A stretch of 64,000 nt of DNA from Pristiophorus japonicus (Eukaryota): contig NC_091980.1 of NCBI RefSeq assembly GCF_044704955.1, positions 180,048,001-180,112,000 on the forward strand. Reading direction: 5' to 3'. A program made the position numbers and the translations under genes. The notes beneath the pieces are model-generated. The model saw nothing but the letters and a program-made list of their open reading frames with translations, did not search any database and was not told the DNA's origin. Below, one piece after another: positions 1-11,590 of the stretch (position 1 is its first letter; every line of letters begins with the position of its first letter).

Positions 1-764
1 GTCAAATCACGGAATCACCACTAATCCAAGCTTTCACTATCTGAAAATGTGACCAGCTTCTAAATGACAGACCCAATTTCCCATAAGCCTCAGGCTCACA
101 AACAAGATGCAAGCACAATCTCTCAAGATGTTGTGGTAACAGATCTACGATCGCTGAGGGCCTCGCGGAATTTAATACACCCAGGAGGATAAGGGAGAAT
201 TGTTTGAAATTCCAGTTCTCAGAGTTCTAAATATCAAGCCATGCCATAATAATTCAGTCTCTCTCTCAGTCTGTTGATAAAACATGAGACTACACAGTAC
301 AAATCTACAGAACTAACTTGTAGCACAATCAACTGGCAAACACACAGGTAATCAGATAGCACTCGGAAAAAAACTGCTGCTCTGAATCAGTCATGGCTGG
401 TGTCATAATGTACCTGCACTGGATGTTAGTCGCCAAGTTCCCATCTGAGCTACACGATCGAAAACTGTAGGACCACAAGGCAACTTCACTATGGGGAGAA
501 ACAGCAACGAGACTGCCCTACGAAAGCACATCCCACATTGGTAATGGTGGGGAGTGATACTGGTAACAGTCTTGTTTGAGGGGGGGGGGAGGAGGGCACG
601 GGGAAGTAGCAATGATGGGAGTAGATTGGAAAGGAAGATATTAAGAATGTGTGCATTGTGGTTGGGTGGGGGGCGGTGAAGAAAGAGACAAACATTAATT
701 AATTTTTTTAACTAGGTTTTGGGTCATAAAGTTCTTGGTTTCTTCCACAGATTTGGGCTCATAT

Positions 765-985
765 GCAGGGCAGCTTGCGGAGGTGTTTTACACGAGAAGA
801 TTAAGCTCTGTCTGCTTGTTCAGATGGGCCGAGTGGATGATAAAGATCCCAAGAACCTGGTTTCCTGGTCAACATTTCTCCCTGAGCCAATATCCCCAAA
901 ACACAGTTTAACTGATCACCCATTTCATGGCTGTTTGTGGGATATTACTGATGCAGCACAGCTGCCTCATTTGCCTACATAATAA
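765..985 (+). mobile_element. Degraded DeuSINE/SacSINE1-like fragment
   Basis: Segments (gagaagattaagctctg...gtggatgataaagatccca, ttcatggctgtttgtggga) resemble the better copy at 8205-8637. Confidence 0.5.
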
Positions 986-1124
986 GTCAGTATGGAATAC
1001 CCTGAGCTGATTAAATATGAAAGCATTAGACAAGTTCAAGTACAGCTGAGTAATTACCTTTCAATGTGCATGTACAAAGTATTCAAAAGAGGGGATTTAT
1101 CTCGAAACACCAGTGTTTAATATA

Positions 1125-1619
1125 ACTAAAATAGAGATACTGGAGAGGGTGCAGAGAAGATTTGCAAGGATTATACCAGAAATACGAGAGTTTACCCAGC
1201 AGGAAAGGATGAACAGGCTGGGTCTCTTTTCGCTTCAAAAGAGAAGGCTGAGGGGTGACCTAATACGGGTCTTTAAAATCATGAAATGTTTTGATAGAGT
1301 AGATACAGAGAGAGTGTTTCCACATGTGGGAAAGATCAAAACTAGAGGCCATTGATATAAGATAGTCACCAAGAAATTAAATAGGAAATTCAGAAGAAAC
1401 TTCTTTACCCAGAGAGTGGTGAGAATGTGGAATCTGCTGCCACAGGGAGTGGTTGAAACGAATAGTATGGATGCATTTAAGGTGCGGTTGGATAAGCCTA
1501 TGAGGGAGAAGGGAATAGAGGGTTATATTGATAGAGTTAGATGAGGAAAGACAGGAGAAGGCTCGAGTGGAGCATAAATGCTGGCATGGACTGGTTGGGC
1601 CTAGCGGCCTGTTTCTGTA
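1125..1619 (+). mobile_element. CR1/HER1-type LINE 3' fragment
   Basis: ORF 1113..1355 (LERVQRRFARIIP...RRLRGDLI.VFKIMK.FDRVD...TRGH) is the CR1 ORF2 C-terminus, followed by a 3' UTR. Confidence 0.85.
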
Positions 1620-1665
1620 ATAGTGATTTCCAGCATCTGCAATATTTTGCTTTTATATTGGCCTG

Positions 1666-1981
1666 TTGAAATCCGATGTAAAATATTGACAGACGTACAA
1701 ACATATAATTTATGGTTGATGCTACGTGCGTGTGTCGCACATCATCAACAATCCCAGTATCTTTACTGTAGCAGATGATTTCTGCATCAATGGTCAGATT
1801 TTCACCCGTCCCACTCCAGTTTGTCCGCTTGAAACTATGTCATTAAAAAAACAAAACCACACAGCAAGGTGGTATTTCTAACTCACATGGTTTATATATT
1901 CTTCGAATGATAAATGCCATTTTTGAAATCCTATGTAAAATATTGACAGACATATAAACGTGTAACTTATGGTTGATGCTA
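1666..1981. repeat. Pair of ~59-bp direct repeats (1666-1724 and 1923-1981)
   Basis: ttgaaatcc(g/t)atgtaaaatattgacagac...ttatggttgatgcta occurs twice, with about 6 mismatches by eye. Confidence 0.85.
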
Positions 1982-2140
1982 ACTATCAGCATAACCCTCT
2001 ATTCCCTTCTCCCTCATATGCTTATCTAACCACCCCTTAAATGCATCCATACTATTCGCTTCAACCACTCCCTGTGGCAGCGAGTTCCACATTCTCATCA
2101 CTCACTGGGTGAAGTAGTTTCTTCTGAAGTGCCAATTTAG
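1982..2140 (-). mobile_element. CR1 3' fragment inverted relative to 1125-1619
   Basis: Reverse-complement match to about 1375-1535 (ataaccctctattcccttctccctcat...tcaaccactccctgtggcag). Confidence 0.8.
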
Positions 2141-3274
2141 AACACTTGACATTTTCAGTTATTACATTTATCCGCAGTCTCTCGGAAAACTCGAAATCTG
2201 CTGGCCTTACAGAAGCTGGGCTCTGGCCATGGCTGATTCTTGGGTTGCAGCTGATAAGTTTCAGTGGCTCTCCTGGTCTACATGTCCTCCTTTACTATGG
2301 GGGTGGGAAAGGGAGAGAAGAAGGGGACCACAGGAATAGGATCTACACTGTGCTGTGTTGCTTACAACAGGAGGCTAATAAGCAGTGAAAAGGCTCTGAC
2401 AAAACAGGGGGGGAAAGGGTGGGAAAGGCCATTTGCAATCAACTGGAGTATAAAACAAAGAAATAGAGGCATCTCGGTACTGAGATACCATCTTTACATA
2501 TTGATCAGCTGTGACATTTATACAAAGAAGCTGTGCTTGAATGAGGGCTGGCAATTCATGTCATAGTTACTGACCTGAGTGAGACTGCTCATTCTACCTT
2601 GTAAACTCCACAACTGGCTTTTTCTTTCAGATTACCTTTTTGCCCAGATGCTGCAGCAAAACCTGCAGTCACCTACACTAATTGTTCAATTCGACTCCAG
2701 ACAGAGAGTAATAGTTTGTGCCAGCTCCACAGTTCTGTCAATGTGTGGTGACAGTAACAGCACAAATCTACACAGTTTACACAGACTGCATGATGTGGTT
2801 TCTATAACCCATTTGCCTGAGGCTGCACCTTTACCTTCCATTTCATTAAACTCTGCTGGCTCTGCGTTATTTGTCGTCACGTGGCCACACGCAATTTCAG
2901 CAAAAGTCGAAGTTAGTGCATGTGGATCGCACTTGTTCCTGTAATCTAATTGTCAGCCTGGGAATCTGCATTGGAACTTGTATAGTGATGCACTTCAACT
3001 GATGCAAATAGGAATCTACTCTTGGAGGTGGCTTCCTTTACACCAGTACAGAGCAATGGATTCACAACGCACATTTGCACAGTGATCAGTTTCACAACAA
3101 GTGTGTAAACCTTGTGCAAGTGGCATTGACTAATGATGTGCGATTCTCCAGTCAGTTGCACACCTTAAACTAAACAACCCAAGCTCTGTATACTTTGTCA
3201 GTGCAAACATCCTGTGGCCTGTTAAAAGGGCTGAGCATCAGTGTGCTTGTGTTAGAATAACAGTGTCAATACTC

Positions 3275-4180
3275 ACCATCATAGGCAGTCCCTCGGAATC
3301 GAGGAAGACTTGCTTCCACTCCTGAAGTGTGTTCTTTGGCGGCTGAACAGTCCAATACGAGAGCCACAGACTGTCACAGGTGGGACAGATAGTCGTTGAG
3401 GGAAGGGGTGGGTGGCACCGATTTGCCGCACGCTCTTTCTGCTGTCTGCGCTTGAATTCTGCATGCTCTCGCCGTTGAGACTCTGGGTGCTCAGCGCCCT
3501 CTCGGATGCACTTCATCCACTTAGGGTGGTCTTTGGCCAGGCACTCCCAGGTGTCAGTGGGGATGTTGCACTTTATCAGGGAGGGTTTGAGGGTGTCCTT
3601 GTAATGTTTCCACTGCCCACCTTTGGCTCGTTTGCCATGAAGGAGCTCCGAGTAGAGCACTTGCTTTGGGAGTCTCGTGTCTGGCATGCGGACTATGTAG
3701 CCTGCCCAGCAGAGCTGATCGAGTGTGATCAGTGCTTCAATGCTGGGGATGTTAGCCTGAATGAGGACGCTGATGTTGGTGCGCCTGTCCTCCCAGGGGA
3801 TTTGTAGGATCTTGCGCAGACATCGTTGGTGATATTTCTCCAGCAACTTGAGGTGTCTACTGTACATGGTCCATGTCTTTGAGCCATACAGGAGGGCAGG
3901 TATTACTACAGCCCTGTAGACCATGAGCTTGGTGGCAGTTTGGAGAGCCTGGTCTTCAAACACTCTTTTCCTCAGGCGACCGAAGGCTGCACTGGCGCAC
4001 TGGAAGCAGTGTTGGATCTGGTCGTCGATGCCTGCTCTTGTTGATAGGAGGCTCCCGAGATATGGGAAGTGGTCCACTGTGTCCAGGGCCGCGCCGTGGA
4101 TCTTGATGATTGGGGGAACAGTGCTGTGTGGTGTGGACAGGCTGGTGGAGGACCTTTGTCTTACGGATGTTTAGCATAAG
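3275..4180 (-). mobile_element. RTE-clade LINE, 3' part of RT ORF and 3' end
   Basis: ORF 3238..4077 reads FPYLGSLLS...ASAAFGRLRKRVF...LLYGSKTWT...HQRCLRKILQIPWEDRRTN...RMPDTRLPKQVLYSEL, typical of the RTE C-terminal region, and ends in a short (atg)n tail. Confidence 0.9.
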
Positions 4181-4309
4181 CGTGTCAATACACAAGCATG
4201 TTGACACACAGGATCTGTGTCAAAATCCCTAATCACCATTTTGAAAACAAAAACGCCGCCCTTTTACTTCTAGGCTTTGAAGAGTTGCATTGATTTAGCT
4301 ACAATGAAA

Positions 4310-4560
4310 TCTGCAAGGTGGCCATTTTGGAATCAGGCGGCCATTTTGGAAGTCGCTATCCCAGCATGCATTTGATATAGCACTAAAAAAGTTCCTGATT
4401 GGTAGAGCTACTGAAAACCAATCCTGTGGCTGATGAGTAGTAGGGCTGAGTATCCGCCATGACGCATTGGATTAAGAAGACCTATTTCTGTGGCGCGTAG
4501 TTGCATTCGAACGTTGATTATCGTCAACAAAAGCTGCTGTTCAAACAGTCCCACGTGAGA
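4310..4560. promoter_or_regulatory. Intronic cluster of promoter-type motifs (YY1 x2, ZNF143/SBS-like, CCAAT boxes, CRE-like, E-box)
   Basis: ggccattttgg twice (~4320, ~4339), atcccagcatgcatttg (4358-4374), ctgattggt (4395), aaccaatc (4416), tgacgcattgg (4460) and cacgtg (4552), with locally raised CpG. Confidence 0.4.
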
Positions 4561-4937
4561 CCAAACCAAAAAGCTATTTCTTCGTTGTCTACTTATTCTG
4601 CTGCTTCTTCCGCACAAAATGATCATTTGCACTTTATCTGATTCCCGCTCTCTCCGCTATGCCCACGGCGAGGGAACCAAATAGACAACCTGGAAGGCCT
4701 GACTGGGCTTAATTCATTTCCAAAACCAATTTTCAATGATTCCAACACACACAGACACACCGTGTCGCCATTGGCAACTGGCTGGACTGCTGGCAAAACA
4801 GTTATAAACTGAGAATAAACATAATTCCAATGGCAAGATATTGGTAAAATATAACATACATTCACTATACCATTGAAAACAATTCAAGGGTAAATTGAAG
4901 GGCACAGGCACGATGGGCCGAATAGTCTCCTCCTGGT

Positions 4938-6277
4938 GTGCCGAAAGGCCATCGACCTCAAACGTTAACTCTCTTTCTCTCTCCACAGATGCTGCCTGAC
5001 TGGCTGAGTATTTGCAGCATTTTCTGTTTTTATTTCAGATTTCCAGCATCCGCAGTATTTTGCTTTTGTATTAGTATTCACTGCCACTACAGGTATTGGC
5101 AAGGTATTCAGTGTTCCTCGAACCACTGCCCTGCATCGCCACAGGCACAATCTCGACCTCTCTCTTCAGCAGCACCCACTCGCTCTATCTCTAAGCTGTC
5201 CTGGGTCCCCAGTTCCATTTCATCCTTCGCCTCATCCGGCTCTTTAACAGAACTTTTTTTTTCTTCCTTTCAGGTGTCAAGGATCGCAAGCTGCAACAAC
5301 TCTTGGACACCAATGCCCCTCCGCAACCTTCTTCCCCACACTTCCCTCCGATCCCATCCCTTTTTCCAATCTCACCCCCTGCTGGGTTTTCATTAACCTC
5401 TCTGGCCTTCCCCTCTCTGACCCCGAACGATCAGTCCTTAGCAAAGGTCTGAGCTTCATCCCCTTACGCCCCCACCTCAATGAATTTCGAGCTCGGCACG
5501 ATGCTGAGCTCTTTTTCCGCCGCCTTCGCCTCCATGCCCACTTCTTTGACCAGGAGTCTTCCTCCAGCACAGCGGACCCTTTCTCCCGTTTTCAGAATTC
5601 TCGTTGCACCTAGACCCCTCCCTCTGACCTCTTACCCTCTCTAGATATTATCATTGCGAACTGCCGGCGTGCCATTGGCCATGTTAATTTCTCTGCTCCC
5701 CTCACTCACTCCAACCTCCCTCCCTCGGAACTTGCAGCACTCCATACAGTCAGATCCAACCCCAACATTGTCACTAAGCCACGTGGCTCTTCTCTGCACT
5801 GCCTCCAGCACTTGAATGTCTCTTTGTTGTTTGCCGAAATGACCTCTACCTTGCGGAGGATGAACACCAACTCTCAGCACCTCTTCCTACCTCCTCCTGG
5901 ATCATGACCCCACTACTGAACACCAAGCCATCATTTCCAAGACTGTCACTGACCTAACCTCCTCTGGAGATCTTCCCTCCAGGGCCATTAACCTCATATT
6001 CCCCAATCCCGCACAGTCCGCTTCCACCTCCTTCCCAAGATCCACAAACAGGCTTGTCCTGGTAGACCCATCGTTTCAGCCTGTTCTTGCCCCACGGAAC
6101 GGATTTCTTCCTCTCTCCACTTGTCCAGTCTCTTCCTACCTACATCCGCGACTTTTCCGACACCCCCCGCACAGTTCTGAAGAAAGGTTATCAACCTGAA
6201 ACATTAACTCTCTTTTTCTCTCCACAGATGCTGCCTGACCTGCTGAGTATTTCCAGCATTTTCTGTTTTTATTTCAG
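4938..6277 (+). mobile_element. Internally deleted Penelope-like element (pLTR-body-pLTR)
   Basis: Terminal repeats at ~4938-5068 and 6172-6277 (gaaac.ttaactct...ctccacagatgctgcctgac...). The body encodes Penelope motifs LSDPERSVLSKGLSFIPLRP (~5412) and [24 protein letters not shown] (~6021). Confidence 0.8.
6173..6209 (+). ncRNA. Minimal type-I hammerhead ribozyme motif in a Penelope terminal repeat
   Basis: AGUU-CUGAAGA-A-AGGUU(auc)AACCU-GAAA-CAUU-AACU has the CUGANGA/GAAA core, a perfect 5-bp stem II and stem I AGUU/AACU. Confidence 0.55.
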
Positions 6278-6625
6278 CCTCCTTCTGTACTGTATTATTC
6301 TATGAGTTTATGATATATCTAGATAACAGACGCCACCGAGGCCGTTTAACAATGCGACACACCACACAAATGAATCAGTCACCATGTATCCAATTGGAGT
6401 TGAAGAGACCAGTGGTAAGTTTCAAATATATAAATGGGAGTTCAATGCAAGGAGGCCATTTAGTATTGTTCTCCCAGGATTCAGACTGAGCTACAATGTG
6501 AAAGCGTGTTTAGATTGTCAATGTACCGTGGTAAATAGGATGGTGCGCATTGCTGGAGAACAAGGAATGAGATTCTGCACAGTTACACAAGGATTCAACT
6601 GTCACAAATACACACACATTGTTAC

Positions 6626-6772
6626 CTTCATATGCCTTTGCAGCATCCACAAGGTTTGACCATTCCAAGCCCAAGGCAGTGTCTGGCAAGGGCATAAGAC
6701 CTGGATCTGGTAGTGGCTGGCGTCTCCTTTCATGAATATCGGACAGGGAACCATCAGACGCAGAAAGTTCAA
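6626..6772 (-). CDS. SIPA1L1: SIPA1L1-like coding exon (SPAR C-terminal region)
   Basis: Acceptor tttactttttattcctcag and donor AAG|gtaaca. 147 nt, phase 1 to 1. (V)[48 protein letters not shown] contains the family motif [24 protein letters not shown]. Confidence 0.95.
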
Positions 6773-8204
6773 CTGAGGAATAAAAAGTAAAATATCAACC
6801 AAACATTGCGAGTACACATTACCAGATAATTTAACTCCTGCAAACTCAGGAATTAATTTAAAATAGGATTGAGAAAAGTGGACCAATCCAAGGCAGAAGA
6901 ATGATCTTCACACTCCATCATTTAGCAGAAAAATTGATTTTTTTTTTTGGTTTCATTATTTTTTTAATTGTCAATTTTCTCCCTCCATTCTCTGCAGGAA
7001 TTGCTTGCAGTGTTCCTCATCAGAGAACGGCAGGTGAATTCTCCCATTCTTCCCCCTCTCCCACCACCAGCGGGTAAGGTAGAAGATACTTCCATGGAAG
7101 ACACTTCTAGATGACCTCATATCCTGTCTGAGAACTGATGAAACTCACACCCCGGAGCTTGAACCCAGCAACCATCTTGTCATGAGGCAGGCAATCTACT
7201 GTCTGTGTGCTACTCATCCGCTCCTTCATTTCATTAGCTTATTTTATTAGAATTATGCAAGGTAACTGGTTTCTTTCCTCTCAAGCTCATCTCGCCCCAA
7301 CCCGCCCCCCACTTTTGTGGCCAGATCTTGGGTAAGTGCGAGGCTCATGAGAAACAGTAGAGAATAAAGAGTTAGAGTCTGAGAGCAGATCAGGTGAAAA
7401 GCAAAATCAATGCTCATGCGTGTAGTCAGGACAAAATAAGATGTTATGCAGGGCGCGGAGATGGCCAATGCAGGAGCGAAAGCAGCAGTTATGACTGGCC
7501 TGGGACACTGCATAGCAGTGAGAAAATCAGTCATAGTTTCGATATATTGAGAGAACAGGACGGGACAGTAAACAATGTCAACTAAAAGCTTGACCCCACA
7601 TGTCTGCACACTCACGTACTGACTCTATTATATATCAACACAAACACTCTGACTTCAGCAGATAGGTTATCCATTTTTACATCGTTTTTATTAAATCACT
7701 CTACTTTAACGAGCTGACGTAACAATGTAATTTAAAATGTCGTGAATTTCTTCCTGCTGATAGTGGATATCATTTTTCATCTTTAAACTACAGAAGGCTT
7801 AACTAGACAAACTGGTGACCAGTAAAAACGCGGAAGAATAACAAAAGTTTAAAAGATGGATTTTACTTTCCCTACATAAAAGTAAGACCTTAGTTGAAAG
7901 GTACTCGGGTCGGATTACTACCTTGATTTTAACAAAAGGGCCTCTACAGATGGTCTGCATCTTAAATCCAAGGTAGGTAAGCTTTCTCCTCCTGCCCCTT
8001 TAACCCAAAAGCTCAGGCTGCAAATCCCAGATTCAATCCTGGTCTGTTCTATAAACTACATTGCTCCCACTGTTTCCTGAACCTTCTCTTTGCATCCTCT
8101 TTATCCATCTCCCCACCGCCCCCCCCTCCACACACAATTCCATGTTCCCCCATCCTCTCTCCTCTTACACCCCGCCCCCTCCTCCTCCTGCTCCTCCCTT
8201 CAGT

Positions 8205-8637
8205 GTCTGCTGTGGCTCAGTTGGAACACTCTCACCTCTGAGTCAGAAGGTTGTGGGTTCAAGTCTCATTCCAGAGACTTCAGCACAAAAATCCAGGCTG
8301 ACATGCCTGTGCAGTGCTGAGGAAGCGTTGCACTGTCTTTCGGATGAGATGTTAAACTGAGGCCCTAACAGCTCTCTCAGGTGGGTGCAAAAAATCCCAT
8401 GGCACTATTTCGGAATTAACCCTGGTGTCCTGGCCAAATTTATCCCTCAACCAACATAACAAAAACAGATTATCTGGTCATTATCACATTGCTGTTTGTG
8501 GGAGTTTTCTGTGTGCAGATTGGCAGCCGTGTTTCCTACATTACAACAGTGACTACACTCCAGAAATACTTAATTGGCTGTAAAGCGCTTTGGGACGTCC
8601 AGTGGTCGTGAAAGGCACTATATAAATGTAAGTCTTT
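8205..8637 (+). mobile_element. tRNA-derived DeuSINE (SacSINE1-like), near full length
   Basis: A box tggctcagttgg (8213), B box ggttcaagtc (8256), Deu-like core (tttcggatgagatgttaaactgaggccc...cccatggcactattt) and an L2-type tail (aaagcgctttggga...ggcactatataaatg). Confidence 0.85.
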
Positions 8638-8737
8638 AAAAAAAAAATCTTTGCCAGGATGACAATATAGGAGCTATAAGAGCCTCTGGAGTTTTTGGGG
8701 GTAGGACAAAAATCAGCGAGGGTTCCTGCTCCTGATC

Positions 8738-9141
8738 AGAATGAGAGATGATCTTATCGAAGCGTATAAGATTATGAGGGGGCTTGACAAGGTGGATGCA
8801 GAGAGGATGTTTGCACTGATGGGGGAGACTAGAACTAGAGGGCACGATCTTTGAATAAGGGGCTGTCCATTTAAAACAGAGATGAGGAGAAATTTCTTCT
8901 CTCAGTGGGTTGCAAATCTGTGAAATTCGCTGCCTCAGAGAGCTGTTGAAGCCGGGACATTGACTAAATTTAAGACAGAAATAGACAGTTTCTTAAACGA
9001 TAAAGGGACAAGGGGTTATGGGCAACGGGCGGGGAAATGGAGCTGAGTCCATGATCAGATCAGCTATGATCTTATTGAATGGCGGAGCAGGCTCGAGGGG
9101 CCGTATGACCTACTCCTGTTCCTATTTCTTATGTTCTTATG
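8738..9141 (+). mobile_element. CR1 3' fragment inserted into an older SINE-like repeat (~8650-8737 and 9142-9340)
   Basis: Near-identical to 45102-45480 and ends in the (ttcttatg)n tail. The flanks resemble one repeat family also seen at ~30310-30560 and 53460-53610. Confidence 0.8.
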
Positions 9142-9432
9142 TAACTACTGCTGCAAAGTGTACGTGTGTAGATCTTGGGCATAGGCCTTGGTGGTTGAAT
9201 GGTATCCTGACTTTCACTGCATAAGCTCAAACCTGGCAGCAACCATTTTGGAAAGGTACCAGAGGGTGTCTGGCTCCAATAGAACTGCACCCCAAAACAT
9301 ACCTGCGCTTTCAGGGGATGAGGGCAAAATCTGATTAAAAACCCGTTAGACCCAATAAAAGTAGCAAGTGAACCACTAGATTGCTTTACTCAGACAAAAC
9401 AACAGAGGAGGGGGCCTGTGAGCACTACCCAC

Positions 9433-9652
9433 CATGATGAGATTTTATCGACTTTCCATGCTTACGGCCTGGCAGTGTGTAGTGCAGGGAGGGATAGGTG
9501 CTGGAGAAGATGACATCATTAGGTAAGGCTTGGTCCAGGAGTGCTGCGTGAGAGTTGGAGAATGAAGGCTCTCTCTGGCCGCTGTAAATGCTCTCATCAG
9601 ACAGGGTCCGGTGCAATGGCTTCCTCGCGGTTGGTGTGCCTGGGAGGGAAGG
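9433..9652 (-). CDS. SIPA1L1: SIPA1L1-like coding exon (SPAR C-terminal region)
   Basis: Acceptor ttttctttttgtcttgccttag and donor G|gtgggt. 220 nt, phase 0 to 1. [73 protein letters not shown]. Confidence 0.93.
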
Positions 9653-10149
9653 CTAAGGCAAGACAAAAAGAAAACAGGTCAAAATGCAGGTGGATCAGGT
9701 CAGAGATAAGGAACAGAAACTTAATCGGTGTGTGTGCCGTGCATCAATGACACAAACTTTGAACTGTCTGAGACATTTTATTTTTAAAAAGGGTTAATTT
9801 TTTTTTTCCAGAAGCATATTCTTGTTACATTACGATTTCCTTCACAAGTGTTACAACTTATACCGAACCAAGCTTTTAAAATGGAGTAATTATGTTGAGA
9901 TGCAGTACTTGCTCTACTAATGCACCTTTTCTCCCTCTCCCTTTCTTGTTCTCATTTATATTTGAACTGTCTCTCGTAGTACAACACTAGACTTTTTACA
10001 GATCAAACCTGTTCATATAAAACAAATTATGTAGATGAGCTGGCTCTAGCATAGATGTGATGGGCCAAATGATTTATTTCTATGCTGTAATTTTTATGCA
10101 GGGCGAGAGAGAGACAGACATATAAGATAGTGATCGAGAGAAGGAAGCA

Positions 10150-11236
10150 AAAAAGCTTGCACTTATTTATGCTCCTTTTATGACCACAGGACGTTCCAAA
10201 GTGCTTTACAATCAAAGAAGTACTTTTTGAAGTGCAGTCACTGATGTGATGTAGGGAAATGCTAATTTGAGCTCAACAACGTCCCATGAACACTTTACTT
10301 GACATAGCTAAAAGTAGCAACACCAATCGATACGGCCATAAAGAGTGCAAACAAAGTAGTGGGGTTTATTTTTAGATGAACAGAATACAAATGCAGGGAG
10401 GCAATATTCAATTTATATGGAACCTTGGTTAGACCATACTTGGAGAAATGTGGGTAGTTCTGGCCTCCATACTACAAAATGAATGTTGAAACAGAAAAAG
10501 ATCTATAAGGATGTTACAAGAATTGAGACGATGCAACTATCAGGGAAGAGAGAGCAGGCTGGGGCTCTTTACTCTAGAAAAGGAAAGACCTATAGAGTAG
10601 AATGTGGCAAAACCATTTCCATTTGTTGCCGAGTCCAGAACAAGGGAGTATAAATATAAGATAGCCACTAACACATCAAATAAAGAAATCACGAGGAATT
10701 TCTTTACACAAAGAGTGGTGAGAATGTAGAAGTGCCCGTCACATGGAGGGGCTGAAGCAGATAGCACTGATGTATTTAAGGAAGTTTAATGCATACATGA
10801 GGGAAGAGGAACTAGAGGGATAAAGGGGAAGGTTGGGAAGATATAATTAGAAGAAGAAAGGCTTGTGTGAAGTATAAACACTGGCATAGAGCAGTTGGGC
10901 TGATTAGCCTATTTCCATGCTGTAGATTCTATGTCATTCTATGACTGCATAGTCTGTTTCAGTGGTGTTGGTTGAGGGGATAGATGTTGGACAGGACACT
11001 GAAAGATCACCCTTGTCTTCTTCCATTAGTGATGTGGGATCTTTTATATCCACCTGAGAAGGTAGACAGGGCATTGGTTTAATGAAAAATGGCACCTCTA
11101 AAAGTGCAGCATTCCTTCAAGTACTGCACTGAAGTGTCAGCCTACATTATGTGCTTAAGTCTCTGTAGTGGCACTTGACCAAGATCACCTATCTGACTCT
11201 GAGGTGAAAATGGTACCACTGAGCCAAGGCTGACAC
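10150..11236 (-). mobile_element. SacSINE1-like SINE split by a plus-strand CR1 fragment (~10335-10940)
   Basis: The SINE tail at 10150-10292 and body/head at ~10945-11236 are collinear with the copy at 16690-17125. The intervening sequence is degraded CR1 ORF2 C-terminus plus 3' UTR. Confidence 0.7.
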
Positions 11237-11324
11237 AGAGACAGAGAGAAAATGAGAGAGACACAGACATATCTAAGTTGACAATTTAATGCATTACTAA
11301 AGCGAGTGCCAACCTTTAGCTGCC

Positions 11325-11590
11325 AAGTTAAACTGAGGCCAGGTCTGCCTGCGCAGGTGGATGTTAAAGATTCCTTGCACTATTTGAAATTGAACAGGGA
11401 GAGAATTCCTCCCTCAAACACCACCACCAAATTCTTCATTCATCTTACTTACCGTTTGTGGGACCTTGTTGTGCATAAATTTCTGCTGCGTTAACCAACA
11501 TACCAACAATAGTAATTAATTGTTTGTAAAGCACCCTGGAATCTCCGGAGGATGTCTCAAGGTGTTGTCACAAAATTCAAATTCTTTCTT
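11325..11590 (+). mobile_element. Degraded SacSINE1-like fragment
   Basis: gttaaactgaggcc...caggtggatgttaaagattccttgcactattt matches the Deu core of other copies. Confidence 0.6.

Noticed and set aside
2200-2330. Strong minus-strand polypyrimidine tract and AG at 2295-2296
   Set aside because: All three frames stop within 36 nt and I see no supporting homology. An alternative last exon cannot be supported from sequence alone.
2835-2938. Possible exon from ORF 2686..2880 (acceptor ttacag, donor GAAG|gtaaag)
   Set aside because: In the phase required after the 6626 exon it reaches TAA at the ninth codon. The pyrimidine tract is poor and there is no SPAR similarity.
4623-4986. Minus-strand ORFs near the motif cluster as the next SIPA1L1 exon
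   Set aside because: No convincing match to the expected VQRASFF... or LASKVDQLEG... exons, which appear to lie outside the window.
7285-7500. GC box plus CCAAT as a second internal promoter
   Set aside because: Only two short motifs about 160 bp apart, which is expected by chance.
8213-8270. tRNA gene suggested by A and B boxes
   Set aside because: It is the head of a SINE and continues directly into the Deu core and L2-type tail. The same applies to B-box-like words near 7160, 11925, 17080 and 26305.
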